From Nitrospirota bacterium (GTDB lineage Bacteria; Nitrospirota; UBA9217): 64,000 bases of DNA. Shown here one piece after another: positions 23,134-33,333 of the stretch (positions are counted from its first letter, which is position 1; each line of letters opens with the position of its first letter). The stretch is from assembly GCA_963845065.1 (NCBI GenBank), contig CAWJQQ010000006.1, positions 128,001 through 192,000 of the forward strand. The letters are read 5' to 3'. Made by a program: the position numbers and the translations under genes. The notes beneath the pieces are model-generated. The model was not told where the DNA came from and ran no database searches. It was given only the letters and a program-made list of their open reading frames with translations.

Positions 23134-23162
23134 ACGTTATCAAAAACACAGTTTTCTGTCAA
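23134..23162 (-). promoter_or_regulatory. Putative sigma70 promoter of tusA-yeeE
   Basis: TTGACA (23162-23157), 17 nt spacer, TAACGT with upstream TG-n. Confidence 0.55.
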
Positions 23163-23227
23163 CACTCGTTTTCGATTTATTACAATAAAATAAGTATTTA
23201 GGATAATTATAACAAACAAAGACTTGC

Positions 23228-23611
23228 TTATACTAGTGAAAGTATAGTTAGGCAGATCACTGCTGCAAGTAGTCCGAATCCTGTTGCAGCGACAGCCTTG
23301 CGATATCGGAGAGCCTTTTTTTTACTATTATCTAAAAACGGTACCAGAAGAAACGCACTAAAGGCCAAGCCTGGAAGCAATACTGCGCCCACGAAGGTCC
23401 ATCTGCCAGGAAAGTACTTGGTAAGCTGATAGAGAAAGAGGAAATACCACTCAGGTCGGGGACTGAACTGGGCCAAGAAATCTACCTCCCTGCCTACTGC
23501 CGGAGGAAACAGGACGGCAAGCAGGAGTACCACCTCGATGGTGAACAATGCGATAAGGGTGATCTCGAAGAGATATACGGGGAAAAAAGTGTTCTCGTTT
23601 TTTTTGTCCAT
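23228..23611 (-). CDS. petD: Cytochrome b6 subunit IV-like (C-terminal half of a split cytochrome b)
   Basis: FFPVY, PRPEWYFLFLY (PEWY Qo motif), LLVPFLD. Confidence 0.88.
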   Translation of the reverse strand: MDKKNENTFFPVYLFEITLIALFTIEVVLLLAVLFPPAVGREVDFLAQFSPRPEWYFLFLYQLTKYFPGRWTFVGAVLLPGLAFSAFLLVPFLDNSKKKALRYRKAVAATGFGLLAAVICLTILSLV

Positions 23612-23753
23612 CCAAAAACCACTTTTCCAAATTTGCAAAAAAGAAGTACTTACAAGCGACCTCGATGAATAGCCCCGAGATCTTTTGTCTTCACTTTACG
23701 TCATAGTTCTTCTATCGTTCATTCCGCACTTCGCATTTCCCGTTCCTCATTCG

Positions 23754-24407
23754 CTACATCCCTCCCGATATTCCCACTCTTCTTAATATATGGAAATGCA
23801 CCCACAAAAAGAAACCAGTGAATATCGGAAGCCAGAGAACGTGCATGCTGTAAAATCGGAGGAGGGTCTCTCCGGTCACTTCGGACCCGCCGCGAACAAA
23901 AGACGCCAGAAAATGGCCGATAAATGGCACTGAACCAAGCATATTAGTGCCCACAACCGTGGCCCAGTATGCCTTCTGGTCCCAGGGCAATAAATAACCA
24001 GTAAACCCGAATGACATCGTCATCATGAACAGCAGCGCCCCGGCAACCCAGTTCAATTCGCGCGGATTTTTATATGAGCCGGTAATGAAAACTCTTAAAG
24101 TGTGAGACAGGACCATCACAACCATCAGGTTAGCAGCCCAATGGTGGGTCGCACGGAGCAGGCGACCGAGCGGCACGACTTGGTGCAGTTGCTGGATGCT
24201 CCGGTAAGCCCCAGATTCAGATGGAGTGTAGTACAAAGAGAGGAGGAGACCGGTGAGCAGTAGCAGGATAAGGAGCGTGAATGCTATTCCGCCGAAGCAG
24301 TAGAAGTAATTGATCCATCCGGGCACCGGCTTGTCCATGATGCGGCGGTGCCTGCTCGTGAATCCCATGCGTTTGTTAAGATAGTCTAATAAATTCATCG
24401 TAGTCAA
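23754..24407 (-). CDS. petB: Cytochrome b6-like (N-terminal half)
   Basis: YCFGG (heme ci Cys), HHWAAN, GSYKNPRELNW, FTGYLLPWDQKAYWA, LRFYSMHV. Confidence 0.93.
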   Translation of the reverse strand: MTTMNLLDYLNKRMGFTSRHRRIMDKPVPGWINYFYCFGGIAFTLLILLLLTGLLLSLYYTPSESGAYRSIQQLHQVVPLGRLLRATHHWAANLMVVMVLSHTLRVFITGSYKNPRELNWVAGALLFMMTMSFGFTGYLLPWDQKAYWATVVGTNMLGSVPFIGHFLASFVRGGSEVTGETLLRFYSMHVLWLPIFTGFFLWVHFHILRRVGISGGM

Positions 24408-24469
24408 TATTACCGCGGAAACACTGAGAATTACGCTTTATGTCTTCTGTGTCTCATTACAGAACCTTC

Positions 24470-24922
24470 CTATACCTTGACCCCCACCATCAGCATGCCG
24501 CCCTGCATCATTACCGGAAGTCGCGTGAGAGGCGCGGGAGGTGGGCCTGCAATATTCTTCCCCAAGAGATCGTACCTCCCTCCGTGGCAGGGGCAGACAA
24601 ACTCACCCTTGTCTTTTTGATAATTAACGAGGCATCCGAGGTGGGAGCATACTGCGGAGAAGATAGTCGGCCCTTCCGCAGACGATACTATGAACACCCG
24701 CGCCTTCCTTTCTTTGCCATTGATGGAAAAATTGAGTTCAGTTTTTTTTACACCGGTGCGCGGGACTTCATCTTCGGGGATGAGAGGAAAGAAAGTAAGC
24801 TTTCTATCACGAGCAGCAAGAGGAGAGGCAATTTTTATCGCCGGGATCAGAAAGCCGAGACCAAGCAGTGCAACGAGAGCGTAGAGCGCTTTTTTCGAAA
24901 ATTCCCGCCGGTTTGTTTCCAT
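24470..24922 (-). CDS. petC: Rieske [2Fe-2S] subunit
   Basis: Tat-like NRREF plus TM segment; CSHLGC and CPCHGG; GPPPAPL. Confidence 0.93.
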   Translation of the reverse strand: METNRREFSKKALYALVALLGLGFLIPAIKIASPLAARDRKLTFFPLIPEDEVPRTGVKKTELNFSINGKERKARVFIVSSAEGPTIFSAVCSHLGCLVNYQKDKGEFVCPCHGGRYDLLGKNIAGPPPAPLTRLPVMMQGGMLMVGVKV

Positions 24923-25165
24923 GAGTGTTTATACTACGATGGATAGAAAGAGTCAACCGTGAAACAATGGCAGAAGTTGACAGGCTCTTGCTCAAATAGA
25001 TTTGGTGTTTCGACTTTCTGCGCACGAATTAGAATAGTTTCTGACATCAATAGCTGTACCATTCACCTTCGTATTGCTGAAGGGTGAACGTTATTTTAGC
25101 TACAAACTGAGATGTATTGCATCGGTAGAGGACGCAGTCTGTGAAACCCACTCCTCAATGACATA

Positions 25166-26578
25166 TTAATCTGTGACCATCGTCGGCGTAATGAAAATCA
25201 AAAGCTCATCCTCCGTCTTGGAGGTACTTTTATTCTTGAAGAGCCAACCCAGGATCGGTATATTGGACAGAAACGGCACTGCTGATTCAGATATGGCTTC
25301 ATTTTTGCTGATAATTCCACCGAGCACGATCGTGTCGCCGTTGTTCACGACTACCTCAGCGGATGCGTCGCGTTTAGAGATCGTGGGAATGCCGTCCACC
25401 TCATTCGAAAAATCAGGCTCCGATTTTTCCACATTGATCACCATGGATATCTTATTGTCGTTCGTTATGTTAGGAATAGCCGAAAGCGAGAGGCTTGCGG
25501 ATATGGTTTGAACTCCGGCGGTATTTGTACTGCCAGCACTGGTCTGCGCTGTGGCGCTTACAATTCTAATCGGGATATCAGTACCGCTCGATATTTTCGC
25601 TTCCTTACCATTAATAGTCCGCACCTTCGGGTTTGAAAGTACTTTCCCGTTGCCTGTCGTCTGCATGGCCGACAGTTGGAGATCGAGCACGTTGCCGGCG
25701 ATCTTGCCGAAAGACATCCCGATCGCGCCGCCCGAACCAATCCCCACGGCAGCAGGTAGGTTCACTGCATAGGCATTTCCGCTCAACCCAATATCGCCGG
25801 TAAGGGGGTACAAAACCGTGCTACCGATTCCCGCCGACGTCGATCCGCTCGTGCCGCCAGCCGTTGAGCTGCTATTAACACCCGTAGTCCCACCGGTAAC
25901 AACCGCGTTGCTACCAGTATACTTGCCGCCCCATTGCACCCCGAGGTCCCTCTCATAATTCGTTGACACTTCAACAATTTCCGCCTCAATCTGAATTTCC
26001 GGGATATTCACATCAAGAGTTTTCAGTAACCGGGCCATGTCGTCGAGATTAAGAGAAAGATCTCTTACCACAATCGCATTAGTTCTGCTGTCGATCGACA
26101 TCTTGGACAGCCCGGTGCGTGCTGGACCTTGAATACCTGACGCGCCATCACTTTTCAATTTTTCAAGAATAGGGAGGATATCCTGGCCGCGAGCATGCCC
26201 GAGAGGGAAAACCCTAGTCTCCATATCAATGTCACGAACTTCAGCCACCGAAAGGACACGGACCATGTTTGCATCCCTCACGTAAGTATACCCTTTGGTC
26301 TTAAGGATTGATTCGAGAGCGGCCCACAAATCGACATCTTTGAGACTCACTGTTACCTTTCCCGTTACGGAGTCGCTAACAATGATGTTCAGGTTGGCCG
26401 CCTGACCTATGGCGCGTAGCACGTCCTTTATATCCGCATCCCGAAATTCCATGGAGAGAGGCGATGTAGCTCCCGTGACTTCTATCGTATCGGCATAAAC
26501 GTTGCCGAGCGCCAGTAAAAACAAAGAGACCATCAGCACAAAGATACGGCCAAAACCCAAAGATGGGATTGCTGCCAT
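25166..26578 (-). CDS. pilQ: Type IV pilus secretin PilQ
   Basis: SMEFRDADIKDVLR (STN), secretin core NGDTIVLGG..VPFLSNIPILGWLFK..ELLIFITP. Confidence 0.93.
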   Translation of the reverse strand: MAAIPSLGFGRIFVLMVSLFLLALGNVYADTIEVTGATSPLSMEFRDADIKDVLRAIGQAANLNIIVSDSVTGKVTVSLKDVDLWAALESILKTKGYTYVRDANMVRVLSVAEVRDIDMETRVFPLGHARGQDILPILEKLKSDGASGIQGPARTGLSKMSIDSRTNAIVVRDLSLNLDDMARLLKTLDVNIPEIQIEAEIVEVSTNYERDLGVQWGGKYTGSNAVVTGGTTGVNSSSTAGGTSGSTSAGIGSTVLYPLTGDIGLSGNAYAVNLPAAVGIGSGGAIGMSFGKIAGNVLDLQLSAMQTTGNGKVLSNPKVRTINGKEAKISSGTDIPIRIVSATAQTSAGSTNTAGVQTISASLSLSAIPNITNDNKISMVINVEKSEPDFSNEVDGIPTISKRDASAEVVVNNGDTIVLGGIISKNEAISESAVPFLSNIPILGWLFKNKSTSKTEDELLIFITPTMVTD

Positions 26579-26592
26579 AAGCGCCTACCTCC

Positions 26593-27030
26593 CTACTTCC
26601 GAATGGAAAAGTTCTCCAGAGAAATTTCTTCACTACCACCCGTGCTGTTTCTGAGTACGATGCTGCGCGGGTGGATATTCACCAATTTCTGGTCTCCCAC
26701 CATACTGCCTTCACTGACCAGCTCACCACCGATGATTGCAATGCGAACATTCTGGTTGTAAATAATTCCCGTGAGTTTTCTCTCAGGCGCAGACGCTACC
26801 GGAGCGATTGCAGCTCCTTCAAAAGGCTTGGTAAAGGGATCTCTGCCCCATCCACCGCTGTCTTGAGACGTGATCGTTACTGAAGAACGAGGTCCCTCGT
26901 CAAAGAATGGATCGCGTTCTTGTTCGGCTTGTTGGGCCAGGGCGACGTTTGCAAAAAAAGTCGCTGTCATCAGACTAATGAACAGTATCTTCATATTCTT
27001 ATACATCATTGTCATCTTATATAGGAGCAA
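26593..27030 (-). CDS. PilP/MshK-like assembly protein
   Basis: RDPF motifs, LTGIIY...AIIGG..V.EG..V; lies between pilO and pilQ; start uncertain. Confidence 0.7.
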   Translation of the reverse strand: MLLYKMTMMYKNMKILFISLMTATFFANVALAQQAEQERDPFFDEGPRSSVTITSQDSGGWGRDPFTKPFEGAAIAPVASAPERKLTGIIYNQNVRIAIIGGELVSEGSMVGDQKLVNIHPRSIVLRNSTGGSEEISLENFSIRK

Positions 27031-27180
27031 ATTTCAGTTTGCATTTTTCCCATTTTATTTTCAACTCTCGTTGAAACCTTCGGCCATAAAGAAGGATTTT
27101 GCAATATTTGGAAAAATCACGCCACAATCACGCGATGGAAATCACAACTAAAGCCGCATCCACCAATCCGCATTGCAGAC

Positions 27181-27717
27181 CTACTTCGCCATATAGGTGA
27201 CCGCTTCCAACTGCGTCGCGCATGACGAGGAGGAGTCCGGACAGGCCTCGACGCGGAGCTTTTGTATATTCACTAGCCGCGGCTGGTGTTCTATATGTTT
27301 AAAATACTCTGCCAGTTCCCGGTACCTCCCTTTGAGGTCAAGACTCATGATCACTTCCTTGTGGTTATCCTTTACAATTTCCGGGGAGGGGTGAAGGGAA
27401 ACCAGGTTTACCCCCTGACGCCGCGCCTCGGCTGAAACGTCTTCCAGGACCAGAATCACCCCTTTTTGGTCCACCAGCTGCCAACCCTGTGCACCTGCCT
27501 TGATGTCCGCTGCCCGAGCTCTAAGATCGGCAATCTGGAGGGAAAGATCAACGATCGAGTTATTCGTGGCGTCAATGTTCGCCATCAGTGCCAAAATTCT
27601 GCTCTGAGCAATTGCATAGGGAAAACGGTATATCAGCACTCCGGTAAGCGTCAGCATCACGAGGAACATAAGAAGTCGCTCGCGCTGGGTAAATTTACGC
27701 TGGAATAATTGAGCCAT
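27181..27717 (-). CDS. pilO: Type IV pilus assembly protein PilO/MshJ-like
   Basis: FTQRERLL plus TM segment; LKGRYRELAEYFKHIE..PRLVNI; translationally coupled to pilN. Confidence 0.85.
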   Translation of the reverse strand: MAQLFQRKFTQRERLLMFLVMLTLTGVLIYRFPYAIAQSRILALMANIDATNNSIVDLSLQIADLRARAADIKAGAQGWQLVDQKGVILVLEDVSAEARRQGVNLVSLHPSPEIVKDNHKEVIMSLDLKGRYRELAEYFKHIEHQPRLVNIQKLRVEACPDSSSSCATQLEAVTYMAK

Positions 27718-28292
27718 CAAGGCACCCCTTGGGACTTTTTCACGCCGCAATGGATTTCGAACCCGACCACATCTCGGCCTTGTAGCGTGGATTTTTGCGC
27801 ATACACAAGCTCCGGCTTTTCAAAATATCCCGACTGCTCCATGGCAAGCATAAAATCCGATATCAATCGATAATTGAAGGCTCCACCTCTGATCTTAATC
27901 TCCGCCTCGCCTACCGAACTTCCTTCAAGGCTATCAAACCATACACCGTGTGGAATAATTAGAGAAAACTGTTGGAAAACGTCTGACCATAAGACCCGGT
28001 CTTTCAAAAGGCTCTGGATCAGTGCTGCCTGCTCGGTATTGACGCCCGCCGATGCCGCAGTCAACCCTAGCTCTGCACGAATCGCGGCAAGCTGCCTTTC
28101 GAGGACCTGTTTTTGAGGCATCAGCGATTCAAGTCTGGCTTGCAAGTCCATCCATTGCTTGGCCTTCAATCCGAACAGGACAAGCCAGACGAGCACAAAA
28201 AGGGTACCTGCGACCAACCAGGGACTTAGGGCTTTGGCCGTTTTCTTCTCTTTCGCTGGCAGGAGGTTGATGAATTCTTTGACCGTTTTCAT
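27717..28292 (-). CDS. pilN: Type IV pilus assembly protein PilN
   Basis: INLLP, TM segment, WSDVF..IP.GVWF..L, ISDFMLAMEQSGYF. Confidence 0.88.
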   Translation of the reverse strand: MKTVKEFINLLPAKEKKTAKALSPWLVAGTLFVLVWLVLFGLKAKQWMDLQARLESLMPQKQVLERQLAAIRAELGLTAASAGVNTEQAALIQSLLKDRVLWSDVFQQFSLIIPHGVWFDSLEGSSVGEAEIKIRGGAFNYRLISDFMLAMEQSGYFEKPELVYAQKSTLQGRDVVGFEIHCGVKKSQGVP

Positions 28293-28355
28293 AAAGTTTC
28301 TATTATTTTTACTTTCTCTTCCCAGCTTTGCATCTTGAATAAGAATCCCAACTTT

Positions 28356-29381
28356 TCACATCTTCCTAAGTGCCAGACCTACGGCTGCTGAAAAACGCGG
28401 CGCCAGGGGACCGAACTCCTCCCCGATTGCATCCTTGTATTTCAACTCACTAAAGGGATCGCAGAGCTCAACCGGAAGACCGAGAGACTGCGAAAAATAT
28501 TCCGGAAGCCCCTTCATGAGAGTAGCTCCACCGGTCAAGACCACTCGATCCAATGCTTTTTCTCGACATGTCGTCCTGTAATACTCGACGGAGCGTCGGA
28601 TTTCCATAAGGAAAGAGTCGAGCCTGCTGACAAGCGCAGCAACGGTTTTATTCTTTTCTGGAGGCGTCAGCACATCTATATTTCGCTTGAATGCCTCAGC
28701 GTCCTGAAGGCTTATATTCAGATCGTCTGCCACGATACGGGTCATATCGGCTCCGCCTGTTTCCAAGCAGCGGCTGAAACGGAGAATCCCTCGTTTGAAA
28801 ATATCGATTTCCATCTTTCCCGCCCCGATATCCACGGCAAGGGTGTCCGCTACGGCATTCTCACCATGGATAAAGAGGATATTTCGAAGCGCCAATGCAT
28901 TCGCGTCTACGGCCATGACTTTGACGCGTGCGTCGTCAAAAGGAAGAAGATGCTCCCTTACCTTGTGCTCGTCGGCTGCCACCATGACAAGATCAATCTT
29001 GTCTACTGTCCCTTCTTTTTTTTCACCCGTGATCAGGTATTCCACAAGCGCTGCATCGAGCGAATAGGAAATGTGCCGCTTTGCTTCCCACCGAACGGCC
29101 TCGCTTAATTCGGCGAGCGGCATCTTTGGTAGGGTAAGCGAGCGAATGGTAAGATCCTTGCCAGGCACCTGGGTGATGACGTTCTTGCGACCGATCTTCT
29201 TCTCCGACAGTAAATACCGAAGGTCCGTGCCAATGGACTCACTCGCAGCGGCATCAGGCGGGAATTCGATAATAGCGGCAGCGACAAGCGTCGGACGCTT
29301 ACCCGGCTTGATCGTCACTGCTTTGATGCCGCCTGCACCGATGTCGATACCTGTTATTTCACTCAACCCGAATAAACCCAT
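28356..29381 (-). CDS. pilM: Type IV pilus assembly protein PilM
   Basis: GIDIGAGGIK, AVRWEAKRHI, VDIGA, VLTGGATLMKGL, AVGLALR. Confidence 0.93.
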   Translation of the reverse strand: MGLFGLSEITGIDIGAGGIKAVTIKPGKRPTLVAAAIIEFPPDAAASESIGTDLRYLLSEKKIGRKNVITQVPGKDLTIRSLTLPKMPLAELSEAVRWEAKRHISYSLDAALVEYLITGEKKEGTVDKIDLVMVAADEHKVREHLLPFDDARVKVMAVDANALALRNILFIHGENAVADTLAVDIGAGKMEIDIFKRGILRFSRCLETGGADMTRIVADDLNISLQDAEAFKRNIDVLTPPEKNKTVAALVSRLDSFLMEIRRSVEYYRTTCREKALDRVVLTGGATLMKGLPEYFSQSLGLPVELCDPFSELKYKDAIGEEFGPLAPRFSAAVGLALRKM

Positions 29382-29628
29382 AATACATTATCCTAATTCT
29401 GAAAAGCTTGTATAAGGCGGATACTTGCACAGCATGCGGCACGATTATAATTTATATAAAATGCTTTTACGGAATAACTGTTTTAAGCATCGCTGTTGTA
29501 TTTTTATAATTGTGCATTAATTTTATTTCCACCCATTTTATCACAAATTTAATTAGAAAATTACGGGTAATGTAAATCAACTCTGGATCTTAATTTATGA
29601 TATGTCACTCACTGCCTTACTCAACGCT

Positions 29629-29871
29629 TCAAGATCTCGACTTTTCGATCTTCAATTCTTCCGCGGCCATTTGAAAAGCTGTCTTGTGTTTATATCCGCG
29701 TTGAAGGTATTTCCAAATAACTTTAATACGCTCGAAATCCTGTTTGCTGAATTCCCTTGCCTCCAGATCACCCATGGGAATCCGCTTCGGGTGGACATAC
29801 CCCTTCTGCTCAAGGTAATACAGCTTGTGCCTTGGAATATTAAGTGTATTAATGATTTCGGCAGTCTTCAT
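29629..29871 (-). CDS. Stand-alone MerR-like HTH DNA-binding protein
   Basis: IPRHKLYYLEQKGYVHPKR...REFSKQDFERIKVIWKYLQRGY. Confidence 0.8.
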   Translation of the reverse strand: MKTAEIINTLNIPRHKLYYLEQKGYVHPKRIPMGDLEAREFSKQDFERIKVIWKYLQRGYKHKTAFQMAAEELKIEKSRS

Positions 29872-30629
29872 TAAAGGTCCCCGCCCTATAGAAAGATAAT
29901 ATTAAAGATAAGTCCAGATTTGAGTTTGTTTTTCTACAGTTACCTTATTTAGCATAGTACGGAAAATTCTATTTGTCAAGAAATAACTAGAAAAATATTC
30001 GTTTTACGAGATAAACAAGATCACTTGCGGTATTACCACAGCAGGAATGGTCTCAATGCGAACAGCCATAATATATGACACAAGGCAATGTTAAAGCAAT
30101 ATGCAATTATCTCATTCATGGGCACCGATCCGATTTTGCCCTTTCCGAAGTCGCGTGCGTGTCCTACTGTAGTAAATGTCGAGCAAATGGCTCAGTGACA
30201 ACTCTATAATAGCCGATTTGGACGACAAGGAGCCGAAGATTATCTGGTCCCAACTCCGCGGGGGAAGATTCGCGCCGAGAACGCGCCTCACCAGTGAGAC
30301 CTAGTTCAGAGGGGTGACTAGTGCATTGTCAAAATACTTCATAATAGTTAAGGGTTTTTATTACACACTCTTCCGAAAGGAGGTACATTTGAGTCAAAAA
30401 AAACTTTTGTGTCCAGTTGATTGAGCATGAACGTATCCGATTGCAAAGGATCATACGGTCAGGCAAACAAAAGTCGCGCAAAAATGACGCGATGCCAAAT
30501 CTGATAACTCGCTTGTAGACCCAACGGCAAGGCAGATGAAGAAATCTCCGATTCATTGAACGTCTGTCCGACCATGATATTTCATTCAGACGACGTTATT
30601 GCCAGAAGGAATTGGAAAGGCTCTATTCT

Positions 30630-32102
30630 TCAATTTATCAATTCACGCCAATCAACTACAGCTAGGCCTTGAGGTCTAAGAGCTACTGCGCTGTAAGCCC
30701 AGTAAGGATCTTTTGATAGAGTCCAGCACGTGGTTACATTTACTGGCGCCGCTCCTGCCCCCGCTGCTTCGTAAGATCCAGCACCTCGCATAAACTCGGT
30801 TATTGGTACGTTATTAACAATAGTGTTCCACCGCGCAGTTTGACCACCGCAAATTGCATTGGTAAATGTTGAATTCTGGGTTGCGGCCAGAGTATCCACC
30901 ACCATGTCATTACTAGTGGCGGTAGTAATCGGTAAGGATGGATTGTTACTCTCTCCTACACTGTCAACAGGAAGAACATCCAATGGGTTCGCCTGATTAA
31001 CGTTATATAGGGAGATGGAACCGCCTACGGCCAGAATCGCCTGGCCTGACAAATCTACTACTACTGGTAGATTAGTCCCGCCAGGTGGTGATACTAAACC
31101 CCACTGTTCAACCCTGACATTCGTCCCGTTACTGGCGTTCAGCAAAGTGAGAGGAACAGAGTTATAAGTCACGCTCGTTACTGACTGGTTTGTTGTGTCA
31201 TAAAGTGACACCCCAACGATGAGCATCGTGTTTGCTCGCGTAGTAGAAACAGTTTGAGTCCATGAAAATGTCGATACATCAGTAAATCCTGCAGGTTGGT
31301 CCCTGTTATCGTACCTTACTGCAGCGTTTGCATTATTACTTAATCCAGCTCGGATTGTTCTCCGAGCATTCCCGACAGTGCCTGTGGACGTAACTACATA
31401 TTGATAAATATTTCCAGTTGCCACTGCATGGGTAGCCGAGACAGTTCCTTGATAGCAACGGGTGCAGTTATTAAAAGAACCGGGGGGGCCCATTGTATCT
31501 CCCGTACAATAGAACATCTCCGTGCCGATCGTGATAATGCCCGGCATTAGAAAATTATTACCTGCATAGCTGGAATGGATAGTGACCGGTGATGTGCAGT
31601 TATTAGCAAGTGCGGTCGTCAGCGAAGCAACTGGATAGACAGCATTACCGATTGCATGGGCCGCAGTTATATTAGCCACACCGGTAAAACTATTGCCGGT
31701 TGACCCGGTATAGCTGATGGTGTCAGCGTCAATAATGATCCAGCCAGGTACGGCAACAGAGCCTGGGTAGAAACCGGCAGTAGATTTGACGTTAATGGTA
31801 GTGTTGCCTAAATTAACCGCAGCGGTAAGGTATGCTGGGGTGCTTGTTAAAAATTGCCCGGCGCCAAGGTTCTTTGATACTCCTCCCATTGAGAAATTCG
31901 GAAACGTCCCGAAGTTCAGGATATATTCGATTCCTCCCTGGGCCACTTGTAATGCCTGTGTAGATTGTAGATTATTTACTGCAGTGACGCTACTGGTGTT
32001 AACAAGTGATATAAACATCACCCCCATGAACGCCAGAATAACGATAATGAATATGGCAGCAATGATTGAGACGCCTCGTTGATTACAGCTAGTATGTACC
32101 AT
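30630..32102 (-). CDS. Large PilX/MshP-like minor pilin or tip adhesin
   Basis: QRG|VSIIAAIFIIVIL prepilin site lacking E5; QALQVAQGGIE; YVVTSTGTVGNARRTI; ends VVDWRE. Confidence 0.8.
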   Translation of the reverse strand: MVHTSCNQRGVSIIAAIFIIVILAFMGVMFISLVNTSSVTAVNNLQSTQALQVAQGGIEYILNFGTFPNFSMGGVSKNLGAGQFLTSTPAYLTAAVNLGNTTINVKSTAGFYPGSVAVPGWIIIDADTISYTGSTGNSFTGVANITAAHAIGNAVYPVASLTTALANNCTSPVTIHSSYAGNNFLMPGIITIGTEMFYCTGDTMGPPGSFNNCTRCYQGTVSATHAVATGNIYQYVVTSTGTVGNARRTIRAGLSNNANAAVRYDNRDQPAGFTDVSTFSWTQTVSTTRANTMLIVGVSLYDTTNQSVTSVTYNSVPLTLLNASNGTNVRVEQWGLVSPPGGTNLPVVVDLSGQAILAVGGSISLYNVNQANPLDVLPVDSVGESNNPSLPITTATSNDMVVDTLAATQNSTFTNAICGGQTARWNTIVNNVPITEFMRGAGSYEAAGAGAAPVNVTTCWTLSKDPYWAYSAVALRPQGLAVVDWRELIN

Positions 32103-32123
32103 TCCTTACCCCAGGTTTTGCAA

Positions 32124-32723
32124 TTAAAAATTCATCGGGAACAAAGTGGTAAGCATTGTAACGCTTTGGGTGCCCTGCGTGGCGGTAAACTGAATTTGTA
32201 TGAGCCAGAGATTGGAATTTACTGTCGTACTTACGCCGGTATTATCGAGATACGTAAAAATATTTCCACCCGGCGCTACTATGCCGGTTGCAAGTGTTTG
32301 CCATGTAACCCCGCCGTCCTGAGAACGCTCGATATTGCCATTGCCTGCATTCAGCCTGAAACCTATCGAAGCATTATTGATATCGGTATATTGCAGCTGT
32401 GATCTGTTGGTGAGTAAAGAGGTAATACTCGCCGGTGTCCTGATCAGCCTGATTTCTCTCACCATGCGTTCCATAGCGAGACTTGCCTGGTAGTGGACAT
32501 TGCTGCGCTGGTCCTCTGTCGAATATTGCTCTACTCCCTGTAGAATGATCAGCGCCGCAAGTGTGCTCAATACTCCTAGGATCACTATTACAACGACCAT
32601 CTCGATAAGAGTGAAGCCGAGGCAATTCTTTTTATTTTTTGCAGGGCAATGTTCCCATGTTGCCTGCTGCTCAATATGAATTACTCGTCCTGAAAAATTA
32701 GATATGTCGCACTGAGTTATCAT
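32124..32723 (-). CDS. Minor pilin (MshO/PilW-like); start uncertain
   Basis: G|FTLIEMVVVIVILGVL; LAMERMVREIR. Confidence 0.85.
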   Translation of the reverse strand: MITQCDISNFSGRVIHIEQQATWEHCPAKNKKNCLGFTLIEMVVVIVILGVLSTLAALIILQGVEQYSTEDQRSNVHYQASLAMERMVREIRLIRTPASITSLLTNRSQLQYTDINNASIGFRLNAGNGNIERSQDGGVTWQTLATGIVAPGGNIFTYLDNTGVSTTVNSNLWLIQIQFTATQGTQSVTMLTTLFPMNF

Positions 32724-32877
32724 ATGGACCAAACTATATAGCAAGCTTAATGCCGAACCCACAGTACTGTCCCTTTCGTATAGTGAAACAATACTTCACT
32801 GGAGTTTCCCCAGGGTGATAACCAGAAGCCAACAACTTTTTAAGAGTTTTGTCGCGCAACCTATTCAAGCAATACAG

Positions 32878-33333
32878 TCAATAATTCGTTATCAAGGAGA
32901 CCAAACTCACACTACCGATTGTTGCTTGAGAAATCGTAACTGTTATACGTATATATTCCGTAATCGTAGGGGTAACTGGCGTAGTCAAGTCGCCTGGTTG
33001 GACGTAGTCGAATGTACGGGTGCAGGAAAAACCGGGCGGCATGGTCGATGCCGTAGCACAGGGTGACGGACTGGTTGGATCGAAGATGGGAGCAAAGAAG
33101 CCAATCAATGCCTTTTCCCCGATTATAAAATCCATTTCTCCCTGCGCTAATTGTGTCGCCTGATCGATAAGAAGTGGATTTGCACTACTCCTAATGCCGG
33201 TCGTAAAGGCCGAGAAAACACCGATCATTGCGATGGACAGTACTACGAGGGTGATGATGATCTCGATAAGGCTGAAACCGCCTGATTTTTTGTCTGCCTT
33301 CTGGCTTTTGTAGTCTGGCAATTGCGTTGTCAA
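32878..33333 (-). CDS. Minor pilin (MshD/PilV-like)
   Basis: G|FSLIEIIITLVVLSIAM; QATQLAQGEMD; ends LITNY. Confidence 0.85.
   Translation of the reverse strand: MTTQLPDYKSQKADKKSGGFSLIEIIITLVVLSIAMIGVFSAFTTGIRSSANPLLIDQATQLAQGEMDFIIGEKALIGFFAPIFDPTSPSPCATASTMPPGFSCTRTFDYVQPGDLTTPVTPTITEYIRITVTISQATIGSVSLVSLITNY

Noticed and set aside
30455..30540. GGCAAAC...GACGC resembling a c-di-GMP-I riboswitch near the pilus genes
   Set aside because: No GNRA-capped P2 stem, GCAAAG is replaced, and it lies on the strand opposite the pilus genes.
30630..32102. Eleven N-X-S/T sequons in the PilX-like protein as evidence of N-glycosylation
   Set aside because: With about 45 Asn in a Ser/Thr-rich protein, this count is close to chance.
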